64,000 nucleotides of DNA, taken from the NCBI GenBank assembly GCA_964372035.1, contig CAYJPK010000002.1, positions 3,771 through 67,770 on the forward strand, in the 5' to 3' direction. The translations under genes were made by a program, and so were the position numbers. This document shows positions 19,780-29,737 of the stretch, piece after piece. Every line of letters begins with the position of its first letter. Within the stretch, counting starts at the first letter, position 1. Source of the stretch: an uncultured Desulfovibrionaceae bacterium (GTDB lineage Bacteria; Desulfobacterota; Desulfovibrionia; Desulfovibrionales; Desulfovibrionaceae). The notes under the pieces were generated by a model. The model had not been told where the DNA came from. It ran no database searches and saw only the letters and a program-made list of their open reading frames with translations.

Positions 19780-21738
19780 CTATGCAATATTGCTGCCGGG
19801 AGCAACCTCCCCATCAGCAGTTAATAGCCTCAAAATTTTATCTGATTCAGCTGTTAAAACCATACCATTAGACTCTAAACCTCTAATTTTTCTCGGAGCT
19901 AAATTACAAACAACGCATACTTGCTTACCAAGAATATCTTCTGGTTTAAAATGTTCTGCCAAGCCTGATATGATTTGACGAGGTGCTTCTTCACCCAAAT
20001 CTATCATTAATTTTAAAAGTTTATCAGCATTTGGGTGCTGTTCTGCACTTAAAACTTTACCAACACGCAAATCTAATTTTTGAAAGTCAGTAAAATCTAT
20101 AGTATCTTTAGAGCCTGCTGTGTTTTCAACAAGTTCCTTCTTTGCTTCTTTTTTATTTTCTTTTTTCGGCTTTTCGACTTTGACTGGCTTTTCTACCTCA
20201 ATTCGAGGGAATAAATTTGACTTTACAGATAAAGTAGCACCTACTTTAATATTGTCAAATGTATTCGCATAAGCCACAAAATCAGTTGTTGGTGCATTAT
20301 CTTTATTAGCTTGCAACCCTAACTGCTCAAGCATAGCACTTGAAATTGTTGGCATAATAGCCCATAAAGTTGTTGCGATTTTTTCCATTCCATCAAGTAG
20401 TACGTACATAACGGTATTTAAACGCTCAAACTCGTTATTTTTTGCAAGAGTCCAAGGTGCTTGCGTATCAACATATTTATTTAACGCTCTTACTAGCTCC
20501 CACAAGGCTTCTAAACCTGCTGCAAATTTAACCTGCTTAACCATTTGAATATAATTGCAAACAGCATCATTTGCTAAAGTACGAATAGCCATATCATCAT
20601 CATTGAATTTTGCTGGGCTAGGAATTTTACTATCATTGTACTTAGCTGCCATTGAAAGTACTCTACTAAATAAATTACCTAAATCATTTGACAAATCAGA
20701 ATTCATACGACTAATAACAGCTTCTTCTGTAAAGGAAGCATCAGAGCCAAAATGCATCTCACGCATTAAGAAATATCTAAAAGCATCTAGCCCATAAGTT
20801 TTTGGAATATCCATCGGATCAACTGCATTACCTAAGGACTTTGACATTTTAGTATCACGAACAAGCCAATACCCGTGGACATTTAAATTCTGATAAAGAG
20901 GCATATCTGCCGCCATTAACATAGTTGGCCAAAAGATTGCGTGTGGCTTTAATATGTCTTTTGCAACTAAATGCTGCGAGCCTTGCCAGTACTTAGCAAA
21001 CTTCTCACCATCAGGATAATCAAGAGCTGAAATATAGTTAATAAGAGCATCAAACCATACATAGCATACAAAATTATCATCAAAAGGAAGTTCAATTCCC
21101 CAAGTTAAACGAGATTTTGGACGTGAAATGCATAAATCTTCAAGCACGCCACCTTCAAGCATTGAAAGAACTTCATTCTTATAACGCTCTGGGCGTATAA
21201 AGTCTGGATTTGCTAAGATATGTTCCTTTAAGGCATCTTGGTATTTAGCCATTTTAAAGAAATAGTTTTTTTCACTAATATATTCAGGCTTTACTTTATG
21301 CTGCGGACAAAGTCCGTCCTCAAGTTCTTTTTCTGTATAAAATCTTTCACAACCAGTACAGTAGTGACCGCCATATTCACCAAAATAAATGTCGCCCTTA
21401 TCATAAACCTTTTGCAAGAATTTTTGAACAACTTCTTTGTGGCGTGCGTCTGTTGTGCGAATGAAATCATTATTTACAATGCCAAGCTCTTTCCATAAGT
21501 CTTTAAAAGTATTGCTCACACCATCAACAAAGGCTTGAGGTTCTTGCCCTGTTTTTTCAGCTGCTTGGACAATTTTATCGCCATGTTCATCAGTACCTGT
21601 CAAGAAAAAGACATCATCGCCTAACATCATATGAAAGCGAGTTAAACAATCTGCCACAAAAGTTGTATATGCATGCCCTAAGTGTGGCTTTGCATTAACA
21701 TAATAAATTGGTGTAGTAACAAAAAAAGGAACTGACAC
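19780..21738 (-). CDS. metG: methionyl-tRNA synthetase
   Basis: 652 aa with the HIGH-type motif AKPHLGHAY, KMSKS, and a C-terminal tRNA-binding domain. The GTG start has an AGGAGA RBS. Confidence 0.97.
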   Translation of the reverse strand: MSVPFFVTTPIYYVNAKPHLGHAYTTFVADCLTRFHMMLGDDVFFLTGTDEHGDKIVQAAEKTGQEPQAFVDGVSNTFKDLWKELGIVNNDFIRTTDARHKEVVQKFLQKVYDKGDIYFGEYGGHYCTGCERFYTEKELEDGLCPQHKVKPEYISEKNYFFKMAKYQDALKEHILANPDFIRPERYKNEVLSMLEGGVLEDLCISRPKSRLTWGIELPFDDNFVCYVWFDALINYISALDYPDGEKFAKYWQGSQHLVAKDILKPHAIFWPTMLMAADMPLYQNLNVHGYWLVRDTKMSKSLGNAVDPMDIPKTYGLDAFRYFLMREMHFGSDASFTEEAVISRMNSDLSNDLGNLFSRVLSMAAKYNDSKIPSPAKFNDDDMAIRTLANDAVCNYIQMVKQVKFAAGLEALWELVRALNKYVDTQAPWTLAKNNEFERLNTVMYVLLDGMEKIATTLWAIMPTISSAMLEQLGLQANKDNAPTTDFVAYANTFDNIKVGATLSVKSNLFPRIEVEKPVKVEKPKKENKKEAKKELVENTAGSKDTIDFTDFQKLDLRVGKVLSAEQHPNADKLLKLMIDLGEEAPRQIISGLAEHFKPEDILGKQVCVVCNLAPRKIRGLESNGMVLTAESDKILRLLTADGEVAPGSNIA

Positions 21739-21781
21739 GTTATCTCCTAAAAATATCTTTGTAATTTATAACAGTGATGAA

Positions 21782-22813
21782 TTAAAATCCGTCATCTTCA
21801 AGCAGGCTAGCATCAAGATCTTCGCTCATTAATTCATTGTATTGTAATTTATTATTTTTTGTGTTGTCATTGTGGTCTGAACGATTATCAAGTCGCTTAG
21901 GTCTAAGTTCTTTCCATTCGTCAAGCTTAAACTCAAGTTCTTCACCATTTTCAGTGCCAACCACAACACTATTTGTAAACATATTAGTACGTAAGACCCT
22001 ATATTCACCTTGTTTTGTATTATAGCGCTTGCCAAGCCTTGGACTTTCACGGTAAAAGGCATCATAATTTTCCTGCTCATAACTTAGGCAGCATAATAGC
22101 CGACTACAAACACCAGAAATCTTAGCGGGATTTAAAAATAAATTCTGCTCTTTCGCCATCTTAATTGTAACTGGAGCAAACTTTCGTAAAAAACGTCGAC
22201 AACAACAAGTCATACCACAATTACCAACAGCACCTACCATTTGAGTTTCATGGCGAACTCCAATTTGTCTGAGTTCAATTCTAGCATGGTATTCACGCAC
22301 AAGGTCTTTAACAAGCTCCCTAAAGTCAATTCTTGTCGGAGCAGTGAAATAAAAAATATATTTGTTTTTGTCAAATAAAATTTCTACATCAATAAGCTTC
22401 ATATCAAGCTCACGAACAGTAATTCTCTTTGAACAAAATTCAAAACTTTCAGTACTCAACCTAAGCACGTCACAAATCGCTGCTAAGTCGTCCTCAACAG
22501 CGGGGCGCAAAATGCTAGGTAATGTCTTAACATTTTCAACTTCGCTTGGCACTTTATTTGTCACGTGAACAACTGTACCAAGCCCAAGACCATGTCCAGT
22601 TTCAGCCAAAACAAAATCGCCAACGCTAACACCACATGCAAGAGATGCCAAGTTTAGCGTTGAACAATTTCGAACAACCTGATTCTCATTTATATCAACA
22701 CCTTCATAAAGAGGTGATTCAATTTTTGTTATAGGTGATATGAATTCCTCTGGCAAAGTATAAAAATAAACCTGACCATAATCACGGAATTTCACCCCGA
22801 GTATATATTGCAT
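21782..22813 (-). CDS. PSP1-domain protein (RicT/YaaT-like)
   Basis: 343 aa: MQYILGVKFRDYGQVYFY..., cysteine clusters CGMTCCCRRFL and CSRLLCCLSYE, and an acidic tail. Confidence 0.85.
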   Translation of the reverse strand: MQYILGVKFRDYGQVYFYTLPEEFISPITKIESPLYEGVDINENQVVRNCSTLNLASLACGVSVGDFVLAETGHGLGLGTVVHVTNKVPSEVENVKTLPSILRPAVEDDLAAICDVLRLSTESFEFCSKRITVRELDMKLIDVEILFDKNKYIFYFTAPTRIDFRELVKDLVREYHARIELRQIGVRHETQMVGAVGNCGMTCCCRRFLRKFAPVTIKMAKEQNLFLNPAKISGVCSRLLCCLSYEQENYDAFYRESPRLGKRYNTKQGEYRVLRTNMFTNSVVVGTENGEELEFKLDEWKELRPKRLDNRSDHNDNTKNNKLQYNELMSEDLDASLLEDDGF

Positions 22814-23094
22814 AATTAACCGTATAATTTAAATTTTAGAATATTTTGAAAATATATTCGTTAAAACTGCATCATTTCTAAGCAAATGTCAATGAATAGC
22901 TCGACAGATAATAAGCTTAATTCAAAAAAACTAAAATTTTCCCAGGTTCTTTTGCAAGAAAAAAGCCAAAAAAATATTTTTCTAAAAAAACAGTCGAAAA
23001 AATATCGCAAAAAAACTCAAAAAGCATAGATAATCTCAAAAAATATAAGGCTATACAACTTGCTTTTTATCTATAATGAATATATACTATAAAA

Positions 23095-24555
23095 ATGTCT
23101 TTAACACAAAGAATACTTTTTCTAGCGCCAGCTTCTGCTGTTACTCGTGTATTTCCTGAATTGCGAGATAAGGGCTATGAGGTTGGACTTGCTGAGAATA
23201 TCAAAGGAGCTGCAGCCTTTATTCGCAAGGCTAGCACCTCTATTATTTTTTCACGTCCAAATTTACCCGGCTACAAAGTTGAAGACTTGCTTGAAGTTAG
23301 TGAAAACGACCCTAATTTTCCACAAATAATAATAATTACAGAAAAAGGCAATGCCACAGAGGCTGAGCATTATATGAGCCTTGGGGCTAAAGACTATTGG
23401 CTTGAGCCTATTAGTGCTGAAAAAATTTTTGCATTACTTAATGCTCCAAAGCCAAGGGCTGTTTCGCCACAGCTAAGCTCACTTGGCGTTGGCAAAAATG
23501 CCTTTGCTAAAAAAGATAATCTACCTTTAATTGTTGGCTCTGATCCGACAATGAAGCGTGTGCTAGCCCTTGCCAAGCAAGTTGCACCATCAAAGGCAAC
23601 TGTTCTTATTTCTGGCGAATCTGGAACAGGTAAGGAAATGTTTTCAAAATATTTGCATGCCGCAAGTGATAGAGCAAATGGTCCTTTTATTGCTGTTAAC
23701 TGTGCTGCCTTACCTGAACATTTGCTAGAAAGTGAACTTTTTGGGCATGAAAAGGGTGCATTCACAGGAGCTATTGTTCGTAAGCTTGGCAAATTTGAGA
23801 TGGCCGATAAGGGAACAATTTTACTAGACGAAATCTCAGAAATGGACTTGTCGCTACAGGCTAAACTCTTGCGTGTACTACAAGAAAGTGAAATTGATAG
23901 AGTTGGTGGAACTGAAACTGTCAAGGTTGATGTACGTGTGCTAGCGACAACAAACCGTGATTTGAATGAATGGGTAAGCCAAGGAAAGTTTCGTCAAGAT
24001 TTATATTTTCGCTTAAATGTCATACCTCTTCGCTTACCATCTTTGCGAGAGCGTGGCGAAGATATTTTTGAATTAGCTAGATTTTTTATAAATTTATACG
24101 TTAAAGAGTATAAATTGCCTAATATGGACTTAAGCCAAGAAGCTCTTGACTTTTTAGCTAAGCATGATTTTGAGGGCAATGTTCGTGAACTACAAAATTT
24201 AATGGAGCGTGCTGTTTTACTTGCAAATGGTAAAGAGATTAGCCCTAAGCATTTCTTATTAGAGCAAGATAGTTGGCCACTTTTTACAGATGATAATGAG
24301 CTTGATTTTGAAGATAATTCAGATAGTGCCTGTCAAAAAGAAACAACAAATGAGCCATTAACAGGTGCTGACCCTAACGAGCCATATTCTGGTGCACTTA
24401 TTCCACTTGCTGAAATGGAGCGTATCATGATTATCAAAGGCTTAGAGGTTACCTCTGGGAATAGAACGCAAGCAGCCGAATTACTTGGAATTTCTGTTAG
24501 AACACTACGTAATAAATTAAATGAATACCGTGAAATGGGTATCCAAATAGATTAA
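23095..24555 (+). CDS. sigma-54-dependent transcriptional activator with a degenerate (FleQ/FlrA-like) receiver domain
   Basis: The AAA+ core has GESGTGKE (Walker A), the GAFTGA sigma-54 contact loop and ILLDEI (Walker B). The C-terminal Fis-type HTH is GNRTQAAELLGISVRTLRNKL. The N-terminal REC-like fold lacks the acidic pocket. Confidence 0.92.
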   Translation: MSLTQRILFLAPASAVTRVFPELRDKGYEVGLAENIKGAAAFIRKASTSIIFSRPNLPGYKVEDLLEVSENDPNFPQIIIITEKGNATEAEHYMSLGAKDYWLEPISAEKIFALLNAPKPRAVSPQLSSLGVGKNAFAKKDNLPLIVGSDPTMKRVLALAKQVAPSKATVLISGESGTGKEMFSKYLHAASDRANGPFIAVNCAALPEHLLESELFGHEKGAFTGAIVRKLGKFEMADKGTILLDEISEMDLSLQAKLLRVLQESEIDRVGGTETVKVDVRVLATTNRDLNEWVSQGKFRQDLYFRLNVIPLRLPSLRERGEDIFELARFFINLYVKEYKLPNMDLSQEALDFLAKHDFEGNVRELQNLMERAVLLANGKEISPKHFLLEQDSWPLFTDDNELDFEDNSDSACQKETTNEPLTGADPNEPYSGALIPLAEMERIMIIKGLEVTSGNRTQAAELLGISVRTLRNKLNEYREMGIQID

Positions 24556-24590
24556 AAATGGTTTTATATATAAAGTTGAGAGGTTGAAAA

Positions 24591-26507
24591 ATGTCACAAA
24601 ATATTAGCCAAAAAATTATTGGCGCTCATTTAGTGAAGGGCGAGCTAAAAGCTGGCACAAAAATATCTATAAAAATAGACCAAACCTTAACTCAAGATGC
24701 AACGGGAACTATGGCTTGGTTGCAATTTGAGGCTTTAGGTTTAGATAAGGTTAGAAATGACTTAGCTGTTAGTTATGTTGATCACAGCACCTTGCAAATG
24801 GATTTCAAAAACCCTGATGATCACCGCTTTTTGCGCACTTCTGCAAATGCCTTTGGTGGTATCTTTTCACCTCCAGGACTTGGAATTTGTCACCAGTTAC
24901 ACCTTGAAAACTTTGCAAAACCAGGCGCAACTCTTTTAGGCTCTGACAGCCACACCCCAACTGCTGGCGGTATTGCTTCGCTATCAATGGGTGCTGGCGG
25001 TTTATCTGTTGCACTTGCAATGGCTGGCAAGGCGTATGATTTAACCATGCCACAAATAATTGAAGTGAACCTTACAGGTAAGCTAACAGGCTTTGCGACT
25101 GCAAAAGACATCATTCTTGAATTACTACGCCTACTTACAGTAAAAGGTGGCGTTGGAAAAATATTTGAATATACAGGCGAAGGTGTTGAAAGCTTATCAG
25201 TTCCAGAGCGTGCAACCATTACAAACATGGGAGCTGAGCTTGGTGCAACTGGTTCATTATTCCCAAGCGATGCAAAGACAAAAGAGTTTTTAAAAGCCAT
25301 GGGTCGTGAAGCTGATTTTGTTGAATTAATTGCTGATGAAGGTGCAAGTTATGATGGTAAAGTTCAGATTAATTTAAGTGAACTCGAACCTCTTGCTGCT
25401 TGCCCGCATATGCCTGATGTTGTTGTAAAGGTTTCTGAACTTGATGGGCTTGTAGTTGATCAAGTAGCAATTGGCTCTTGCACTAACTCTTCCTTTGCAG
25501 ACTTAGCTTTAGTTTCAAATGTATTCAAAGGTAAGCAAGTTAATGCCGCAACTGATACTATTATATCTCCAGGATCAAAGCAAGTTCTTGAACTTTTAGG
25601 GCAAGAAGGCTTATTGCAATCAATCTGGCACTCTGGTGCAAGAATGTTAGAATGTGCTTGTGGACCATGTATTGGTTCTGGTGGCGCTCCTGTTTCAAAC
25701 GGTGTTTCTGTTCGTACCTTTAACCGTAACTTTGAAGGTCGCAGTGGAACTAACGATGCAAAAGTATATTTAGTAAGCCCACTTACTGCTGCAATGGCGG
25801 CTTTACATGGTAAATTTACTGATCCTAAAACTTGGACTAAAGTCGAAACAAATATTGCACTTCCAACTAATGTTCCAAGTATTCGCAAGCTCTTTGTTGA
25901 TCCTAGCTCTGAAAAAACAGAAATAGTACGTGGACCAAATATTGTTGCTTTAGAAAAGTTTGACAGCTTACCTCAAAACTTGGTCGCAGATATTGCAATT
26001 AAGCTTGAAGATAATATTACAACTGACCATATCATGCCTGCTGGAGCTGAAATTTTATCTTATCGTTCTAATATTCCAGGAATTTCTAAATTCGTATTCC
26101 ATAGAGTCGACAAAGATTTCCCTGAAAGAGCAAAAAGCTTAAAAGCTGGTGTAATAGTTGCTGGTGAAAACTATGGTCAAGGTTCAAGCCGTGAGCATGC
26201 AGCCCTTGCACCTCGCCATCTAGGTATCAGAGTTATTATAACAAAATCTTTTGCAAGAATTCACCTTGCAAATCTTATAAATTTTGGTATTCTACCGCTT
26301 ACTTTTGCTGACGCTAGCCAGTATGAGCTAATAAAGCAAGGCGCTAGTATAAATTTTGACTTTAGCAATTTAAAAGCCGGTGAAGAGTTAATTGCTATTG
26401 TTGATGGGCATAAAATTAGATTAAACAACAACTTAAGCCAAGATGATATTGAAACTATTAAGTGTGGTGGGTTGTTAAACAAAGTTAAAGCTGAATTAGC
26501 AAGATAA
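24591..26507 (+). CDS. aconitate hydratase (about 640-aa short aconitase form)
   Basis: 638 aa with the Fe-S ligand motifs IGSCTNSS and CGPCIG, and a swivel domain containing GENYGQGSSREHAA. Confidence 0.88.
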   Translation: MSQNISQKIIGAHLVKGELKAGTKISIKIDQTLTQDATGTMAWLQFEALGLDKVRNDLAVSYVDHSTLQMDFKNPDDHRFLRTSANAFGGIFSPPGLGICHQLHLENFAKPGATLLGSDSHTPTAGGIASLSMGAGGLSVALAMAGKAYDLTMPQIIEVNLTGKLTGFATAKDIILELLRLLTVKGGVGKIFEYTGEGVESLSVPERATITNMGAELGATGSLFPSDAKTKEFLKAMGREADFVELIADEGASYDGKVQINLSELEPLAACPHMPDVVVKVSELDGLVVDQVAIGSCTNSSFADLALVSNVFKGKQVNAATDTIISPGSKQVLELLGQEGLLQSIWHSGARMLECACGPCIGSGGAPVSNGVSVRTFNRNFEGRSGTNDAKVYLVSPLTAAMAALHGKFTDPKTWTKVETNIALPTNVPSIRKLFVDPSSEKTEIVRGPNIVALEKFDSLPQNLVADIAIKLEDNITTDHIMPAGAEILSYRSNIPGISKFVFHRVDKDFPERAKSLKAGVIVAGENYGQGSSREHAALAPRHLGIRVIITKSFARIHLANLINFGILPLTFADASQYELIKQGASINFDFSNLKAGEELIAIVDGHKIRLNNNLSQDDIETIKCGGLLNKVKAELAR

Positions 26508-26524
26508 ATTTTCAGGAGAATATA

Positions 26525-28435
26525 ATGCTAGATATTATTCGTTCCAATTCGCAATCTTGGTTTATTAAGATTGCTTTTGGCTTAATCATTGTGGTTTTTG
26601 TTTTTTGGGGTGTAGGTAATTTTCGTACTGACATTCCATCTGTAATTATGGAAGTGAACAAAGAGCAAATCCTTGTTGAAGATTTTGCTGCACGTTACCA
26701 ACCATTTATGGCTAACTTAACCGCACAATACCCTAACCTAACAGCTGAAGAAATTAAGCAAATCGAACCAGAGGCAAGACAGCAAGTTCTTCAGACTTTA
26801 GTAATTGAATCATTGCTTAGTCAAGAAGCTAAAAAAATTGGCATTAGCGTTAGCCCGCAAGAACTTCGCGCTGAAATTGAAAAAATTCCATTATTCCACA
26901 ATGAAGATGGAAAATTTGATGCAAGCAAATATACAGAAGTTCTTAAAGCTCAAGGTTTAACTCCTGGTTTTTTTGAAAATGATGTTAAGCGTGAACTTTT
27001 GACTCATAAATTTAAAAATATTGTAGCTGCACCAGCATTTATTCCTGAAGAGCAAGCACGAAGCATTTTTTCATACGAAACTCAACAGCGCAAGTTAGAA
27101 GCTGTTCTTTTTAAAGCTGAAAATTATATGTCTAATGCAAAACCAAGTTCAGAAGAAATTTCTAAATTTTATGAAGAAAACAAAAATGGATTTGAACTTC
27201 CTGCAACTATTGACGTTAAATATCTTATTATTGGTGGCAAAAGTTTAGCAGCTAATGAAAAAATTGAGAAAAAAGCTATAGAAGATTTTTATAATAAAAA
27301 CCAAAATGGCTTTAAAAGAGAAGAGCAAGTTAAGGCTCGTCATATCTTAATTCTTTCACCTCAAGATGCTGACAAAGAAGCTGATGCGACTGCTAAAACT
27401 CAAATTGATGAAGCTTTAAAGCAAATCAAAGATGGAAAAAGCTTTGAAGAAGTTGCAAAAGAAGTTTCACAAGATGGAACAGCTGAAAATGGTGGTGACT
27501 TAGGATTTTTTGCACGTGGTCAAATGGTTCCGCCTTTTGAAGAAGCAGCATTTAGTCTTGAGCCAGGTCAAGTATCAGAACCTGTTAGAACACAATTTGG
27601 TTGGCACTTAATTAAAGTGGAAGAAAAGAAGCCTGAAGGTATTATTCCACTTGAAGAAACTGAAGAAGATATTAAAAATCTCTTAGCTCTTGAAGCTGCT
27701 AACGCAAAAGTTGATGATGCTCTTGACGATGTACTTATTGCAACTATCAATGGCAAAAGCTTAAGTGAAGCAGGCGAAAAATATAATTTAAAAGTTGAAG
27801 AAAGTGGTATGCAAAATGCTGCTAACTTACAGCAAATGCTTGGCTTAAGCCCTCAAGATGTTGCAAGCTTATTTGAAGCTCCAAAAGATAAAATTTTAGA
27901 AACTGCTTTTTCTACTCCACTTGGCAAAGTAGTTGCTCAAGTAACAGCTAAAGAAGATGCTAAAATTCAAACTTTAGAACAAGTAAAAACTGACATCGAA
28001 AACATCTTAACAAGTGAAAAAGCTACAAAGCTTGCTCAAGAAGCAGCAGACAAAGCTCGAGCAACTATTGTTGACAACAAAATTCCTGCTGACTTACAAG
28101 CGCAAGTGATTTTACCACAACCAATTTCAAGAACTGGTATCTCACAAGGTTTTGCACAAAATAAAGAACTTGCAGATGCTATTTTTGCAACTGAAAGCCA
28201 AGACTTTTTAGCTAAGGCTTATAATGTAGAAGAAGGCTATGCTCTCGTTCGTATGACAGGCATTTTACCGCTTGAACTTAGCTTCTGGGATCAAATAAAG
28301 GGTCAGTTAATTCCTAACTTAAACCAAGGCATGAAAGAAAAACAGTACGCTACTTTCATTAATACCTTGCGTGAAAGTGCAACAATTGAAATATTAAACC
28401 CTTCAATCTTACAGCCACAAGCTGCAGCAAATTAA
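26525..28435 (+). CDS. ppiD: periplasmic chaperone / peptidyl-prolyl isomerase PpiD-like
   Basis: 636 aa with an N-terminal TM anchor, a SurA-N-like region and a parvulin domain (VKARHILI...GGDLGFFARGQMVPPFEEAAF...FGWHLIKV). Confidence 0.85.
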   Translation: MLDIIRSNSQSWFIKIAFGLIIVVFVFWGVGNFRTDIPSVIMEVNKEQILVEDFAARYQPFMANLTAQYPNLTAEEIKQIEPEARQQVLQTLVIESLLSQEAKKIGISVSPQELRAEIEKIPLFHNEDGKFDASKYTEVLKAQGLTPGFFENDVKRELLTHKFKNIVAAPAFIPEEQARSIFSYETQQRKLEAVLFKAENYMSNAKPSSEEISKFYEENKNGFELPATIDVKYLIIGGKSLAANEKIEKKAIEDFYNKNQNGFKREEQVKARHILILSPQDADKEADATAKTQIDEALKQIKDGKSFEEVAKEVSQDGTAENGGDLGFFARGQMVPPFEEAAFSLEPGQVSEPVRTQFGWHLIKVEEKKPEGIIPLEETEEDIKNLLALEAANAKVDDALDDVLIATINGKSLSEAGEKYNLKVEESGMQNAANLQQMLGLSPQDVASLFEAPKDKILETAFSTPLGKVVAQVTAKEDAKIQTLEQVKTDIENILTSEKATKLAQEAADKARATIVDNKIPADLQAQVILPQPISRTGISQGFAQNKELADAIFATESQDFLAKAYNVEEGYALVRMTGILPLELSFWDQIKGQLIPNLNQGMKEKQYATFINTLRESATIEILNPSILQPQAAAN

Positions 28436-28438
28436 AAG

Positions 28439-29458
28439 ATGCTTAAGCCTGAAAGCAAAATTGTTGTTCTAGGCGGAGGCTCATGGGGCACAGCGCTAAG
28501 TCATATCTTAGCCTGTGCCTTAGAAAAAAATAATGCTAAGCCTGAAAAAATTAATATTTTTGTTAGAGATAATGATTTAGCAAAACATATTAATGAACAT
28601 CATGAAAATATAAAATATCTTCCAAATTTAAAATTAAATCCTTTAATATACGCAAGTAGCAATCCTGAAATTATGCTGGGTGCTGACTACCTAGTCCTTG
28701 CAACACCGTGCCAGACTTTACGTCAAACCATTACGATGTATGACAAGTATATTTCTAACTCTGCAACATTAATTAACTCTGCAAAGGGAATTGAACTTAG
28801 TAGCTTAAAATTGCCACATCAAATTATTTCTGAATTAAAGCCTAATTGTAAGTATGCAACACTTTCTGGTCCATCATTTGCTAGTGAAGTTTTGAAATGC
28901 AAGCCGACTGCTGTCGTTTTAGCATCTAAAGATATTGAGCTTGGAAGTCGTTTGCGTGAAATGTTTTCAAGTTCATGGTTCAGAACTTATTCTAGTACAG
29001 ATTTAAATGGTGTCGAACTTGGCGGTGCCTTAAAAAATGTGATGGCTATTGCAGCTGGTGTTTGTGATGGTCTTGAGCTTGGCGATAATGCGAGAGCAGC
29101 TTTAATTAGCCGTGGTTTAGCTGAAATGCAAAGATTATTTACAGCTTATGGTGCTGAACCTTCGACTATCTTTGGTCTGTCAGGTCTAGGCGACTTAGTT
29201 CTAACTTGTACTGGCAATAGTTCACGTAACAGGTCAGTTGGTATTCGTTTGGCAAAAGGTGAAGATATTGAGCAGATATTAAGCACTTTAGGCTCTACAG
29301 CAGAAGGAGTCAAAACCGTAAGTGCTCTATTAAGCTTAGCTAAAAAATATAAGGTTGAAATGCCTATTGCACAAGGAGTCCATGCTTTAATCTATGATAA
29401 AGTTCCTGCCATGAAAGCTTTGCAAGATTTATTCGACAGAGAACTAAAAGACGAATAA
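28439..29458 (+). CDS. gpsA: NAD(P)H-dependent glycerol-3-phosphate dehydrogenase
   Basis: 339 aa: VLGGGSWGTALS...GALKNVMAIAAG...NRSVGIRLAKG. Confidence 0.93.
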   Translation: MLKPESKIVVLGGGSWGTALSHILACALEKNNAKPEKINIFVRDNDLAKHINEHHENIKYLPNLKLNPLIYASSNPEIMLGADYLVLATPCQTLRQTITMYDKYISNSATLINSAKGIELSSLKLPHQIISELKPNCKYATLSGPSFASEVLKCKPTAVVLASKDIELGSRLREMFSSSWFRTYSSTDLNGVELGGALKNVMAIAAGVCDGLELGDNARAALISRGLAEMQRLFTAYGAEPSTIFGLSGLGDLVLTCTGNSSRNRSVGIRLAKGEDIEQILSTLGSTAEGVKTVSALLSLAKKYKVEMPIAQGVHALIYDKVPAMKALQDLFDRELKDE

Positions 29459-29493
29459 TTTTTTTTATTTTATTTTTCATTTTTTTATTTTTT

Positions 29494-29517
29494 GGGAAAC
29501 TTTTGCAAAAGTTTCCC
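29494..29517. repeat. perfect 24-nt palindrome GGGAAACTTTTGCAAAAGTTTCCC
   Basis: Exact reverse-complement symmetry, 35 nt after the gpsA stop. A T-run precedes it and no U-tract follows on either strand, so it is not a canonical terminator. Confidence 0.6.
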
Positions 29518-29737
29518 AAACCCTTCAAAACCTTTTAATATTTAAACTTAGTATTTTTTTTAGCTAAAAAAAACTTATCATTGCAGCATTATTTGTCTAG
29601 TCTACTGACACAGAGAATTTATTTACAAATCATAATTCTCAATTTTTGTGAAACTCCAAAATCTTTATTATTGAATAGTGTGAGTAAATTGCCAAAATAT
29701 TAAATGAAAGCAAAAATGTAAAAAAACATCTTTTAAA

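Noticed and set aside
23394-25888. Long antisense ORFs (176, 136 and 142 aa) opposite the sigma-54 activator and aconitase genes.
   Set aside because: Each is fully contained in a strongly supported gene on the other strand and is Ser/Pro/Ala-rich. This is typical stop-codon-poor antisense frame.
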